Part shown: positions 10,183-20,619 of the stretch, piece after piece
How the letters are laid out: the number at the start of each line of letters is the position of its first letter
How positions within the stretch are numbered: position 1 is the stretch's first letter
Made by a program: the position numbers and the translations under genes
From: Lentihominibacter sp.
GTDB lineage: Bacteria > Bacillota > Clostridia > Peptostreptococcales > Anaerovoracaceae
NCBI GenBank assembly: GCA_045580505.1
Contig: JAZNNY010000037.1
Span: forward strand, 1 to 62,351
DNA: 62,351 bases
Reading direction: 5' to 3'
The notes under the pieces: model-generated
Database searches by the model: none
What the model was told of the DNA's origin: nothing
What the model saw: the letters and a program-made list of their open reading frames with translations, nothing else

Positions 10183-12171
10183 TCAAACGGACTCCTGCAA
10201 TTCAACCCATTTTTCATAGGCCGCATCCAGCCGCTCCTGCCTGTCCGCAAGGGCATCGCTGAGCTTCTGCAGCTTCCCGGCGTCCGTCATGACCTCCGGC
10301 CTCGCAAGTTCCTGCTGCAGGCCTTCGATTTCCTCCTCCAGGGCCGCGATCTCCTCTTCAGCTGCTTCCCTCTGCCTCTTAAGGCGCCGCTCGGCAGCTT
10401 CCTTCTTCTTCTGCAGCTGCCTCCTTTCGGCAGCGCTGAGATTCTCCTCTTCCAAAGGCAGGTCCGCCTCGTCCGCACCCTGCGCTGTCTCTGTCCTGCC
10501 TTTGGACCCGAGCTCCTGCAGATACTGCTTGCCGGAGGACATCATCTGCTCCTTCTTCTCGACGTAATAGTCGTATTTGCCGAGGTAGGTGAGCAGCCCG
10601 CCGGGCGTCAGCTCGCAGATCCTGGTCGGGATCCTGTTCAGAAAGTACCGGTCGTGGGAAACGATGATGCAGGTCCCCGGAAACTCCAGGAGCGCGTCCT
10701 CGAAGATCTCCTTGGACACGATGTCCAGGTGGTTGGTCGGCTCGTCCAGGATCAGCACGTTGGCTCCGGACAGCATCAGCTTGAGAAGGGCAAGCCGCGC
10801 CTTCTCGCCGCCGCTGAGCGAGCCCACCGGCAGGAAGACCTGCTCTCCCCGAAAGAGGAATCTGCCGAGGATGTTCCTGAGTTCTCCGTCTGTATAGAGA
10901 TGATAGGCGTCCTGCAGCTCCTCGATGACGGTCAGCTCATCGTGAAGCCCCTGCTGGCCCTGGTCGTAGTAACCGAACTGCACGTTGTGGCCGATCCGGA
11001 TGCGCCCGCTGCCCGGTTCGATCTCCCCGAGGAGCATCCGAAGCAGGGTCGTCTTGCCGGTGCCGTTGTCCCCGACGATGCAGACCCGCTCGCCCCGCTT
11101 CACATCCAGTTCCACGTCCTGAAAGAGCTCCTTTCGCTCGCGCCCGTACCCGAAGGCCTTGGACAGGTCCTCAGCCAGGAGCACGTCCCTGCCGCTCTGG
11201 AATTCCTGATGAAAATGCAGGCTCATCCTGCCGTGCTCCCCGTCCGGGCGCTCCATCCGGTCCATGCGCTCCAGCTGCTTCTCCCTGGAGGCCGCGCGCT
11301 TTGCCAGCTTCTCGGTACCGCGCTGCTTAAAACGACGGATCATGTCCTCCTGGCGGGCAATCTCCTTCTGCTGCTTCTCCCAGGTCCGGAGTTCCGTCTC
11401 ACGACGAACCTTCCGCTCCCTGGCATAAAAGGCGTAGTTGCCTTCATATATATTCAGTCTGTGGTTTTCGATCTCGAAGATCCGGGTGACTGTCTCGTTC
11501 AGAAAATACCGGTCATGGGAGACCAGGATGATCGTCCCCCGGTAGCCCTTCAGATACTGCTCCAGCCACTTGAGCGTGCCGATGTCCAGGTGGTTGGTCG
11601 GCTCATCGAGGAAGAGGATGTCCGGCTTCTCCAGAAGCAGAAGGGCCAGGGCGAGCCTGGTTTTCTCTCCGCCGCTTAAGGTTGAAATCTTCTTGTCGTA
11701 CATGCTCTCATCAAAGGCCATGCTGGTCAGGATCCCCTTGAGCTCGCTTTGATAGGAGTAGCCGCCCATCCGGTCGTAGCGGCCGGCGATCTGCTCGTAC
11801 CTGGTCATGAGCCGGCTGCTCTCCTCCGGGTCCGCCGCAGCTTCCGACACCTGCGCCAGCAGCTGCTCCATCTCGCGCTCCATCTGCGGGAAATGCCGGA
11901 ACACGGCACGCGCCTCCTCGATGACCGTCTTCTCGGAGTCAAAGCCGGCGTCCTGTTTCAGGTAGCCCACCCTGAGATCTCCGGAAATAAAAAGATCGCC
12001 TTCCTCCGCGGAAAGCTCTCCGGTCAGCATCTTCAGCAGGGTCGTCTTGCCGGCTCCGTTGATGCCGATGATCCCGACCCGTTCTCCCTGGTTGATATGA
12101 AAGGAGACCCGGCTCAGGATCACGTCTGTTCCATATGCTTTTGTCAGATTCCTTGCGGAAACAACGATCAT
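10183..12171 (-). CDS. ABC-F family ATPase (YdiF/YheS-like)
   Basis: Two NBDs (LSGGEK, LDEPTNHLD), no transmembrane segments, C-terminal coiled coil. Confidence 0.93.
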   Translation of the reverse strand: MIVVSARNLTKAYGTDVILSRVSFHINQGERVGIIGINGAGKTTLLKMLTGELSAEEGDLFISGDLRVGYLKQDAGFDSEKTVIEEARAVFRHFPQMEREMEQLLAQVSEAAADPEESSRLMTRYEQIAGRYDRMGGYSYQSELKGILTSMAFDESMYDKKISTLSGGEKTRLALALLLLEKPDILFLDEPTNHLDIGTLKWLEQYLKGYRGTIILVSHDRYFLNETVTRIFEIENHRLNIYEGNYAFYARERKVRRETELRTWEKQQKEIARQEDMIRRFKQRGTEKLAKRAASREKQLERMDRMERPDGEHGRMSLHFHQEFQSGRDVLLAEDLSKAFGYGRERKELFQDVELDVKRGERVCIVGDNGTGKTTLLRMLLGEIEPGSGRIRIGHNVQFGYYDQGQQGLHDELTVIEELQDAYHLYTDGELRNILGRFLFRGEQVFLPVGSLSGGEKARLALLKLMLSGANVLILDEPTNHLDIVSKEIFEDALLEFPGTCIIVSHDRYFLNRIPTRICELTPGGLLTYLGKYDYYVEKKEQMMSSGKQYLQELGSKGRTETAQGADEADLPLEEENLSAAERRQLQKKKEAAERRLKRQREAAEEEIAALEEEIEGLQQELARPEVMTDAGKLQKLSDALADRQERLDAAYEKWVELQESV

Positions 12172-12173
12172 AA

Positions 12174-13190
12174 TTACAACTCCAGATTCGGGATGGCGTC
12201 CAGGTCGAGCCCGGAGACTTCTCCCGCCATATACTTATAATACGCGGCGCATCCGATCATGGCCGCATTGTCCGTGCAGAGCACTGGCGGCGGATAATAG
12301 AGGCCCAGCCCGTGTTTGTCACAGGCCTCCTTCAGCATCTGCCGCAGACGGCTGTTGGCTGCGACGCCGCCCGCCACGACGATCCGCTTCTCCCCGCGCG
12401 CAAGCGCCGCGCTGACGGTCTTGTTCACGACAACCTCCAGCACCGCCTCCTGAAACGCAGCCGCCACATCGGGAACGCTGATCTCGCGTCCGGCCTGCTT
12501 TTGCCCGTTGATATAGTTGAGCACGCCGGTTTTGATTCCGCTGAAGGAAAAGTCCAGACTGCCCTTCTCCAGGTAGACCCGCTTGAATTCGACGGCATGC
12601 GGATTGCCCTCTTTCGCGATCTTATCGATCAGCGGGCCTCCGGGATATCCGAGGCCGAGCACGCGCGCGACCTTGTCATAGGCTTCCCCCGCGGCGTCGT
12701 CCCGCGTTCCGCCCAGCACCTGGTAGGTCCGGTAGTCTTTCACGTCCACGATGTTCGTGTGCCCGCCGGAAATGACCAGCGCCATGAAGGGCGGCTCCAG
12801 CTCGGGATGCGCGATGTAGTTGGCGCAGACGTGGCCCTGAATGTGGTGCACGCCGATCAGCGGCTTTCCCGTCGCGAGCGCATAGGCTTTCGCCGTCGCA
12901 AGTCCGATCAGCAGCGCGCCTACGAGACCAGGCCCATAGGTCACGGCGATGGCGTCGATCTCGTCCATGGTGGTATCCGCCTCCGCCAGCGCCTGATCCA
13001 CGACCGGATTCACGTTGTCCAGATGATGCCGAGAGGCGATCTCCGGCACCACGCCGCCGTAGAGTTTATGTATCTCGATCTGGGATGAGATGATGTTCGA
13101 ACGGACATCCCGTCCATCCAGAACAACGGCCGCCGCCGTCTCATCGCAGCTTGATTCAATTGCCAGAATAGCACATTTGCCGTCCTTCAT
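12174..13190 (-). CDS. tsaD: t6A synthase TsaD
   Basis: [38 protein letters not shown]. Confidence 0.98.
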   Translation of the reverse strand: MKDGKCAILAIESSCDETAAAVVLDGRDVRSNIISSQIEIHKLYGGVVPEIASRHHLDNVNPVVDQALAEADTTMDEIDAIAVTYGPGLVGALLIGLATAKAYALATGKPLIGVHHIQGHVCANYIAHPELEPPFMALVISGGHTNIVDVKDYRTYQVLGGTRDDAAGEAYDKVARVLGLGYPGGPLIDKIAKEGNPHAVEFKRVYLEKGSLDFSFSGIKTGVLNYINGQKQAGREISVPDVAAAFQEAVLEVVVNKTVSAALARGEKRIVVAGGVAANSRLRQMLKEACDKHGLGLYYPPPVLCTDNAAMIGCAAYYKYMAGEVSGLDLDAIPNLEL

Positions 13191-13645
13191 TGGTTCTCCT
13201 TTTCGTGCTTCCACATGATCAGCGCATCCTCATGGCCGACCCGGTAATAGCCCCTGCGGACGCCTTCGACCTCAAAGCCGAATTTCTCATACAGGGCCCG
13301 TGCGGAAATGTTGCTCGCCCGCACCTCCAGTGTATAGTGCCGGATGCCTTCTTTGCCTGTATGGTCGAGCAGGACCTCGATGATCTGTGAGCCGATCCGC
13401 CGGTTTCGAAAGCCCGGCTTCACCGCCACGTTGGTGATATGTCCTTCGTCTACAATCCACCAGAGGCCCGCATAGCCGACGACCTCACCTTCAATCTCAG
13501 CCACGACATAAAAGGCCCGCGGGTTTTCCGTCAGTTCCGAATGGATGGAAGCCCTGCTCCATGGATCCGGAAAGCACATTTTCTCGATCTCGTAAATCGC
13601 ATCAGCATCCGCCGCGCCTGCCTGGCGTATCGTCATCTCGTTCAT
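13187..13645 (-). CDS. rimI: Ribosomal protein alanine N-acetyltransferase
   Basis: GNAT: [21 protein letters not shown]...EDA.IM. Confidence 0.92.
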   Translation of the reverse strand: MNEMTIRQAGAADADAIYEIEKMCFPDPWSRASIHSELTENPRAFYVVAEIEGEVVGYAGLWWIVDEGHITNVAVKPGFRNRRIGSQIIEVLLDHTGKEGIRHYTLEVRASNISARALYEKFGFEVEGVRRGYYRVGHEDALIMWKHEKENQ

Positions 13646-13647
13646 GG

Positions 13648-14508
13648 TTATTTCTTCTCCGCTGCCATCTTATCGCGCAGCTTCTTCTCCGCCTCCGCCA
13701 TACGCAGGTACTCCGGCTGCAGCTCCATGTAGCCGCAGGTCTTCCCCTCCTGCAGCAGCTGCCAGCCGCGCAGGGCGACCTCGGCCGCGTCCTGATAGCG
13801 GACCTCCTTCGGCGCGCAGCTCACCTCTGCAAAGGCAGGCCACTCCCCGATGATCTCTCCGCAGGTGTCGATCCCATCGCCGATAAAGCAGATTCGCTCG
13901 AATCCCTCTTCGCGCAGTCCGGAAAGCTTCTCCAGGAAATCCGTCATGAGGCAGGAAGCCGGCGGGATAATGCAGGTGAGTCCACCGGTCAGCTCGTAGG
14001 CCGCGCCGTAGACCTGCTTCCTGCGCGCGTCCAGAATCGGACAGATCAGGGTCCTGCCGCCGGGTCCTTGCAGCTGGGCCGGGGCGGCTTCGCCTGCGGC
14101 CGGGGTTGCCTCGCCTGCGGCCGCCCGCAGCGCGAGCGCCTCCAGGCTGGAGACCGCGATGCAGGGGATGTCCAGAATCTGAGCCAGCGCCCGCGCCGTC
14201 GACACGCCGATCCGGATGCCGGTAAAGGATCCGGGGCCGTGCGACACCGCGATCGCCCCTATATCGCCTATCTGCAATGCGCTGTCCTGCAGGATCTGAC
14301 TGATCTGCGGCGTCAGGTTCTGCAGATGTGAGTACCGGTCGCTGCCGTGGATGACGCCGAGGATCCGAAAGCCTGACACGGCGCCTGCGGACGTTCCGGT
14401 GCGTGTGGACGTTCCGGCGCCTGCGGCCAGGTCGGCCGCCGTGTCCGGGCCCTGCAGCAACGCCACCGATGCGAATGCGCCTGTTGTTTCTATTGCTAAA
14501 ATGTACAT
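13648..14508 (-). CDS. tsaB: t6A complex subunit TsaB, with two low-complexity insertions
   Basis: MYILAIET, GPGSFTGIRIG, DARR.QVY, P.YLR..EAE. Confidence 0.93.
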   Translation of the reverse strand: MYILAIETTGAFASVALLQGPDTAADLAAGAGTSTRTGTSAGAVSGFRILGVIHGSDRYSHLQNLTPQISQILQDSALQIGDIGAIAVSHGPGSFTGIRIGVSTARALAQILDIPCIAVSSLEALALRAAAGEATPAAGEAAPAQLQGPGGRTLICPILDARRKQVYGAAYELTGGLTCIIPPASCLMTDFLEKLSGLREEGFERICFIGDGIDTCGEIIGEWPAFAEVSCAPKEVRYQDAAEVALRGWQLLQEGKTCGYMELQPEYLRMAEAEKKLRDKMAAEKK

Positions 14509-14924
14509 GTATAAATGCGCTCCTCTTCTCCCTGTCCGTAGGCGATGCTGATCCTGAGGGCATCCTCCGGGATGAGTTCCTCGATCAGGTCCGCCCACTC
14601 GACCACGCAAAGGCCGTCTCCGAAGAAGTATTCTTCGTATCCCAGCTCGTACATCTCGTCGATGTCTCCGATCCGGTATACGTCAAAATGAAACAGCGGC
14701 AGTCTGCCGCTTCTGTATTCCTTTACGATCGTAAAAGTCGGGCTCGTGATCGTTTCGCTGATCCCAAGCCCGGCGGCGATCGCCTTGGTCAATGTTGTCT
14801 TGCCGGCTCCGAGATCTCCCGTCAGGGCGATCACCTGTCCGGCCACGGCCTCGCGGCCAAGCCGTCTGCCGTATTCCATTACCTCCTGCTCGCTGTGCAG
14901 GAGTATTGTTTCGGTTTTATTCAT
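14496..14924 (-). CDS. tsaE: t6A complex ATPase TsaE
   Basis: GDLGAGKT, SPTFTIV.EY, HFDVYR, VEWA. Confidence 0.97.
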   Translation of the reverse strand: MNKTETILLHSEQEVMEYGRRLGREAVAGQVIALTGDLGAGKTTLTKAIAAGLGISETITSPTFTIVKEYRSGRLPLFHFDVYRIGDIDEMYELGYEEYFFGDGLCVVEWADLIEELIPEDALRISIAYGQGEEERIYTCTF

Positions 14925-14939
14925 TTCCGGTGTTTCCTC

Positions 14940-15503
14940 CTAGCGGTGCAGGAATCCGGAGATCCGCTTATATACCAGGAAGGTAACGAGACCGTTGATC
15001 CCTGCCTTGATCGCATTGAAGCCGGCGATGAACGGCATCAGCTGCCAGACGACGGATCTCGGCACGCCCATGAAGATCGGTGTGATGACCATATTGGCCC
15101 CGATCATGATGACGGTCATGGCGATCACGCCGCAGACCACTGCGATCACTGCGCTCTTTCTGGTTTTATTACGGCTGTAGATCAAACCCGCTGTGATAAC
15201 CAGCGCGCTGGTAGCGATCACGTGCATCAGGATCCCGTAGACTCCGCTGGCCGCGCTGACCGTCACTCCCTGAATGATCGATGTGACCACCGTCAGCAGC
15301 ACGCCCGCGAGCGGTCCGAACGCAAACGTCCCGATCAGGATCGGAATGTCCGCCGGATCATACTCCAGGAACGCCACCGCCGGGAATATCGGGAAGTGGA
15401 TCAGGTAAACGAGTACAACGGATATAGCGACCAGCATGCCCATCTTGGCAAGACGGGCCGGGCTTATCTTCTGGCCTGTTTTTTGGGGTTCTGTCTGGTT
15501 CAT
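14940..15503 (-). CDS. ECF transporter S-component (RibU/PanT-like, substrate unresolved)
   Basis: About 6 TM helices, FP...FLEYDPADIP; GGAGG RBS before ATG 15503. Confidence 0.85.
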   Translation of the reverse strand: MNQTEPQKTGQKISPARLAKMGMLVAISVVLVYLIHFPIFPAVAFLEYDPADIPILIGTFAFGPLAGVLLTVVTSIIQGVTVSAASGVYGILMHVIATSALVITAGLIYSRNKTRKSAVIAVVCGVIAMTVIMIGANMVITPIFMGVPRSVVWQLMPFIAGFNAIKAGINGLVTFLVYKRISGFLHR

Positions 15504-15522
15504 GTGCACCTCCTGCCTTTGA

Positions 15523-15551
15523 ATTATACCCATCATCGCAGGCTGTGTCAA
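15523..15551 (-). promoter_or_regulatory. Consensus sigma-A promoter of the ECF-S/tsa operon
   Basis: TTGACA-N17-TATAAT. Confidence 0.85.
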
Positions 15552-15585
15552 CGAAACAGACTCTTTCCCGGGCGCCAGCCTGCGG

Positions 15586-15844
15586 GCTCTGCAGATTTCC
15601 TGTTTTCAGGGCCTTTTCGCAGAGTTCATTTCCTGCAAAGGCAGGCCAACCCCGCCAAACTCTGCATATATCACTAAAACAGGTATGTTTTGCAGAGTTA
15701 AGAAAAACTAACTGGCCGTTTTTTCGCCTGAACTCTGCGGGAATGCTCTATTTGTGCTACTTGCACAGAGTTTGACCAGATATTTCCAAAATATGTGCAA
15801 TAAACTCTGCGGATTTCGCGTTTGACCTGCCTTTTCGCAGAGTT
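15586..15844. repeat. Periodic array of four 41-bp boxes ACTCTGC-N26-GCAGAGTT
   Basis: Boxes start at 15586, 15659, 15732 and 15804 (period 73/73/72). Confidence 0.85.
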
Positions 15845-15899
15845 CCTAAAATATATGCCCCTGTTTGACACATTCTTTCTCCCATGCCATAATCCAATC

Positions 15900-16523
15900 A
15901 TGGACAAGGACATGAATCTGATACAAAGAACCACCGAGTTCGCCCTGTATATCGCGCGCGCGTATGCGAAGCCGGGCGATACGCTCATCGACGCCACCTG
16001 CGGGGGCGGGCATGATACCCTGGCGCTTGCCGGCATGCAGCCCGGAAAACTTTATGCCTTCGACATCCAGCCGGAAGCGATCGATCGAACGCGCTCCCTG
16101 CTGGAGGAAAGCGGCTACGCGGAGGCCCTGGCGGACGGCACTATTACGCTCTGCTGCGCCGGGCACGAACAGATGGGAGCCTACCTGCGCGGCGAGGCCG
16201 ACACCGATCCCGACCCCCGAACCGAAACCTTCGCAGCCCTCATCCTCTTTAACCTGGGCTATCTGCCCGGCGGCGACAAGACGGTGACTACCCGCACGGA
16301 TACGACCCTGGCGGCGGTGCAGGGTGCCTTGCCCCTGCTGAAGAAGGACGGCCTCATCTGCATCACCATGTACAGCGGGCACCCGGAAGGAGCAGAAGAA
16401 AAACGAGCCCTTCTGGCTTTCGCCGAAGGACTCGATTCGAAGCGCTGGCATGTGAGCTATGTCAGCATGCTCAATCAGAAGCACGATCCGCCGGAGATCC
16501 TGCTGATCTCCCGCAAGCGCTGA
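15900..16523 (+). CDS. Class I SAM methyltransferase, YtqB/MnmM-like
   Basis: IDATCG.GHDT, AFDIQ..A, FNLGYLPGGDK, Y.GH..G.EE; TTGACA-N17-CATAAT ends 6 nt before ATG 15900 (alternative ATG 15912). Confidence 0.8.
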   Translation: MDKDMNLIQRTTEFALYIARAYAKPGDTLIDATCGGGHDTLALAGMQPGKLYAFDIQPEAIDRTRSLLEESGYAEALADGTITLCCAGHEQMGAYLRGEADTDPDPRTETFAALILFNLGYLPGGDKTVTTRTDTTLAAVQGALPLLKKDGLICITMYSGHPEGAEEKRALLAFAEGLDSKRWHVSYVSMLNQKHDPPEILLISRKR

Positions 16524-16583
16524 CCGCGCGGGCCGAGGCAGCGCCCGCCGCGCCAGCCAAAACCGCGCCGGCCAAAACCGCGC

Positions 16584-18173
16584 CTACCGGAAGACGACCT
16601 TGATGTTCGTCTTCTTTTTTATTTTCAATTTATAGGTATACTTCAGTTTCTTCTTCTGCTTCCCGTTAATGGTAACAGACTCTAAGGCGTGGCCCGGTGC
16701 TGGCTTTATCTTCAGCACATAAGTCTTGCCGTACTTGACCTTGGCGGTTTTCGAAACGGTTCCCTTGCCTTTTTTCGTGACTTTGACGCGGAAGGTCTTG
16801 ATGGCGGCGTTCAGCTTCGCGGTGTAGCTGGCATGGACGGCTTCCAGGGCCTCCATGGTTTTCGCCTGGTTCATGGCTTTCTTTCCGTTGGCCAGGAGTT
16901 TCTTCACTTTCTTCTGGTTGTAGGCCTTCTTCTTGTACTTCTTGTTCCAGGCCTGCAGATATTTAGCCCTGGTGTCCTTCAGCTCTTTCGTGAGTACGGG
17001 CACCCGGTTCATGGCCGTCAGGTACTTAGTCCACAGGGCGGAAGCTTCTTTCTGCGTGTAGCAGGATTCCATCTTCCCGGAATAGTCATAGAATACCTCT
17101 GTGAGCAGCTCAGCCCCATGCACACTGTACAGGCTGCGGTTATACGCATAGTATTTCTGCTCCATCTTGTTCAGCCAACGGGTGATGTCGGAGTCGGTCA
17201 GTTCGCCTGCCGGATCGAGCGCAAGCCGGGCCTGGATGTAGGGATCGTATTCCGCGTCGAACTTTTTGTTGATTTTATCAAACAATTTAACGATCATATT
17301 CAGGTCCTGGAGCTGCTGCGCATTCTTGGTGAAGTCCTTCACCATCTGCTGCAGGGCTTTTGACGGGCGGAACGGCTTCCATGGCACGTCCTTCTCCGCC
17401 TCGATCAGTCCGCTAAGCTCTTCCTGGCCCGCTTCAATGGCGCCCGCAACCAGGTCCTTGTTTACGATCGAGTAGGGCTCGATGCTGTTCTCCATCAGGA
17501 ATCCGGAAAGCGATGCTCCTTCTCCCTCATCCATATCGATCCACATTTCTTCATCGTCCGTAGACAGGGCCTCTGCAAAGGAAAGGAACAGATCCTGCTG
17601 GCTGGCGTCGAGATAGCCTTTCAAGTCATGGATGCCGTCGATGGCCTTTTTTGCCGCCGCCCTCTGCACCACGTACTTATCCCAGTACCAGTTATTGTAG
17701 TCCGCGCGCTTCACGCCGGATGTGATCGTATTATAATTCGTCCGCAGCAACTTCTTCAGGCTGCCAATATCGCTGCTGCCCTGATAGACCTCTCTGGTCA
17801 GCGGCATCAGGCTCTCGAGCTTCAAAAGCCGCTTCTGGACCTCTTCCGAGACCATGATGAAGATCGATACTGCCTCGATCTCACCCGGATGTGCTTTAAC
17901 GTACTCGATCGCTTCGGCGTACGTTCCGTTGATCTCCGCCAGAACGTCCGCTGCATAGTAATCCTCCGTCAACGGCTGCCCCTCTTCTATGGTCATCTGC
18001 ATGAGTTCTTCCATCATCTGCAGGCCCAGCACCCCGCTGTTTTCCTGCGCAGCCGGCGCTGTCCCCCCTATGCTGGAGGCCGCAAAGGCAGGCCCCGGCG
18101 CAAGGCTTACGCACAGGCTGATGGCCAGGAGCAGGGCAAGGATCTGTCTCGTCATAGCTGTCTTCATATTCAT
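16584..18173 (-). CDS. Secreted helical protein with Lys-rich C-terminal beta domain
   Basis: Signal peptide ending AFA; basic C-terminus; no catalytic motif recognised. Confidence 0.7.
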   Translation of the reverse strand: MNMKTAMTRQILALLLAISLCVSLAPGPAFAASSIGGTAPAAQENSGVLGLQMMEELMQMTIEEGQPLTEDYYAADVLAEINGTYAEAIEYVKAHPGEIEAVSIFIMVSEEVQKRLLKLESLMPLTREVYQGSSDIGSLKKLLRTNYNTITSGVKRADYNNWYWDKYVVQRAAAKKAIDGIHDLKGYLDASQQDLFLSFAEALSTDDEEMWIDMDEGEGASLSGFLMENSIEPYSIVNKDLVAGAIEAGQEELSGLIEAEKDVPWKPFRPSKALQQMVKDFTKNAQQLQDLNMIVKLFDKINKKFDAEYDPYIQARLALDPAGELTDSDITRWLNKMEQKYYAYNRSLYSVHGAELLTEVFYDYSGKMESCYTQKEASALWTKYLTAMNRVPVLTKELKDTRAKYLQAWNKKYKKKAYNQKKVKKLLANGKKAMNQAKTMEALEAVHASYTAKLNAAIKTFRVKVTKKGKGTVSKTAKVKYGKTYVLKIKPAPGHALESVTINGKQKKKLKYTYKLKIKKKTNIKVVFR

Positions 18174-18182
18174 TCCCTCCTG

Positions 18183-20573
18183 CTACTTCTTCACCTTAAC
18201 GGTCTTGACCTTTGACCAGCCGTTCCAGCCGATCTTTCCGGCCTTATTGAACTTGGCCCGCACGCGGTAACTGCTGGTCTTCTTCAGTTTCTTATCCGTA
18301 AACTTCGTCTTTTTAATGGTTTTGATCGTCTTCCACTTGCCGCCCGCGGCCTTCTTCTGTACCTGATATGCGGTCGCGCACGGAATCTTCTTCCAGGTCA
18401 GGATGGCCTTCTTCTTGTTCTTTGACTTCTTCACCTTCAGGCCGTAATCTTTTCCGGCGTAACTCTTCTTGGTGATGATCACCTTGCAGGATTCATATGT
18501 TCCGTTCTCCGTCTTCGCGATGACAAAGCAGACGCCCGCCTTCAGCGCCTTGAAGGCTCCTGTCTTCGGGTCGATCCTGCCTCTGTTGTTGTTGACAGAC
18601 CAGGTGATCTCCGGGTGATAAGCAGACGGGTCTGCAACGCGCGCCCGGAAGTTAAAGCTTTCCCCGATATCCAGCTGACCTCTCTTCTGCGTCATCCGGA
18701 TATCCGAAACGGCGTTCCACACGGTGACGGTCATCTCGTCCACCTTGTTCTCGTCTTTATAGCCTTTCCCGTCCCAAAGGGTCACGGTCACCGTTCCCGG
18801 TTTTTTTGGCGTGTAGTATCCAAGGGAATCCACGAACAGAATGTCGTTATTACTGGAACTGAATTCATATCCCGCCTGCGCGGTCTCCGGCTGCAGGGAA
18901 GCGACGATCTGACCTCCGTTATCCCAGGCGGAAGGATCAATGACAATGCCGTCCTTCTCCCATTTATCCTTGTCCCTGATGGAGAGCGACGGCTCCTCCG
19001 CATCCTTTACCGTAACCAGCACCTGCTCCGATGCGCTGCTGCACGCTACGCGTATCATGACATCACCGGCCGCAATGCCCGTGACCGTACCAGTCTCATC
19101 CACGGTCGCAATGCTCTCATCCGCAGAGGACCACTGCACCGGCTGCAGGCAGGCCGCCGGCTGCACGAGAGCCGTCAGGGCCAGGCTGGTTCCCTTCGGG
19201 ATGATCGTCTTCCGGACGGTGTCCTTCTCCTTGATGCTGAGAGATTCCGCCGCCGTCTCCTCCGAGGCTGCAAGCGCTGCCTGCACCGCGGCCTCGGCGT
19301 CGATGTTGCCGTAGGCGAGGTCTTCATCGAAGGGCTTTCCCTGCTGCGATTCCTTCGTGGTTGCGCAGATGATGTTCTTGACCTGGGCCGGGGTGAGATC
19401 CGGGTTCACGTCGAGCACCAGTCCGCAGATTCCGGCTACGACCGGGGATGCCATGGAGGTACCGGACATAACTGCATAGGAACCCGGAACGGTCGACATG
19501 ATGTTGAATCCGGGCGCTGAAATATCTTTGTACTGTCCGTAGTCGGAGAAATACGCAGCGTTGCCTCCCCGATCAGCCGCATTGACCGCGATTACAGTCG
19601 CATAATCGCAGGGGGTCGAATAGGCGTCCGAACCGTCGTTGCCGGAGGCTGCTACGAATACGGTGCCGTCCTGTTCATAGTGGCTGCGGATGCACCGCTC
19701 CATCATAGGATCGAAGCCGGGCCCGCCAAAGCTCATGTTGATGACTCTGGCATGCTGCTCGCCTGCAGTATAATCGATGGCGCGGCAGATATCGTAGGTG
19801 TACAGACTCTCGTCCGCGGCCGCGCAAGTCGTGATGACCTGAACCAGGCCGTTGCTGTGGCCGCTGGCCACGCCGCTGCCGCCCTTGCCGTTGCCGTAGT
19901 CCGCGCCGATAATGCCGGTCACATGGGTTCCGTGTCCGAAGAAATCATCCTGAAGATCCTCTTCTTCCCCATAAGCAAATCCCTTGTATGTCCCCTTGGC
20001 ATCCAGAGTCATCAGGTTTTTCTTCAGGTCTTCATGGTGACTGTCCACACCGGTGTCGACGACCCCGACGATGGTCTCCGCTTTCTGATTCGCTTCCGCC
20101 AGATCCCAGGCGGCCTCAGCGTTGACTGTCTCCAGGTAGTACTGGTAGACCGCCGTCTTCGCCGGATCGAGATAGGGGTCTGAAGGCTTTCCCGCCTTCG
20201 GGTCAGCGGCCGCGCTGTAGCGGTAGTTCGGCTGGACGGTCAGCGCCTTACCTGCCTTGTCCAGGATCTTCGCCGCCTTGACCTCATCTTTCGTCAGGTC
20301 CACCAGCACCATCTTCTGGTCCTCCAGGGATGTCACATCCGCGACAGAGCCAACTTTACTTACATCTCTTCGGATGGCCTTGCTGCTGGTGTCCTCGTCG
20401 TAGGTTACGATCAGCTGGTCCTCCGCATGCGGCGCTTCCTCCGACGCGATGATCTCGCTGAAGGACTGCCCTCCCTCTTCAGCTGCCGGCTGCGCGTACA
20501 CATCCGCGCCTGTTCCCAGGCAGAACATGACCGCCACCAGCACTGACATCACACTGCTCAGGCATCTTCTCAT
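18183..20573 (-). CDS. Secreted S8 subtilisin-like serine protease with Big_2 Ig-like and Lys-rich FN3-like domains
   Basis: VVDTG, HGTHVTG, AASGN, SGTSMASP; WSSADESIATVD. Confidence 0.92.
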   Translation of the reverse strand: MRRCLSSVMSVLVAVMFCLGTGADVYAQPAAEEGGQSFSEIIASEEAPHAEDQLIVTYDEDTSSKAIRRDVSKVGSVADVTSLEDQKMVLVDLTKDEVKAAKILDKAGKALTVQPNYRYSAAADPKAGKPSDPYLDPAKTAVYQYYLETVNAEAAWDLAEANQKAETIVGVVDTGVDSHHEDLKKNLMTLDAKGTYKGFAYGEEEDLQDDFFGHGTHVTGIIGADYGNGKGGSGVASGHSNGLVQVITTCAAADESLYTYDICRAIDYTAGEQHARVINMSFGGPGFDPMMERCIRSHYEQDGTVFVAASGNDGSDAYSTPCDYATVIAVNAADRGGNAAYFSDYGQYKDISAPGFNIMSTVPGSYAVMSGTSMASPVVAGICGLVLDVNPDLTPAQVKNIICATTKESQQGKPFDEDLAYGNIDAEAAVQAALAASEETAAESLSIKEKDTVRKTIIPKGTSLALTALVQPAACLQPVQWSSADESIATVDETGTVTGIAAGDVMIRVACSSASEQVLVTVKDAEEPSLSIRDKDKWEKDGIVIDPSAWDNGGQIVASLQPETAQAGYEFSSSNNDILFVDSLGYYTPKKPGTVTVTLWDGKGYKDENKVDEMTVTVWNAVSDIRMTQKRGQLDIGESFNFRARVADPSAYHPEITWSVNNNRGRIDPKTGAFKALKAGVCFVIAKTENGTYESCKVIITKKSYAGKDYGLKVKKSKNKKKAILTWKKIPCATAYQVQKKAAGGKWKTIKTIKKTKFTDKKLKKTSSYRVRAKFNKAGKIGWNGWSKVKTVKVKK

Positions 20574-20619
20574 AAGCTCGCTTCTCCTTCCTGTCACTTC
20601 CACTGCTGCTTCTTATTTT

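Noticed and set aside
15503-15590. FMN or other vitamin riboswitch before the ECF S-component
   Set aside because: A consensus promoter lies about 20 nt from the start codon, leaving no room, and no aptamer consensus is visible.
15586-15844. Possible CRISPR array (73-bp period, 31-32 bp spacers)
   Set aside because: Only 7-8 bp at each box end is conserved and there are no cas genes; kept as a non-CRISPR array.
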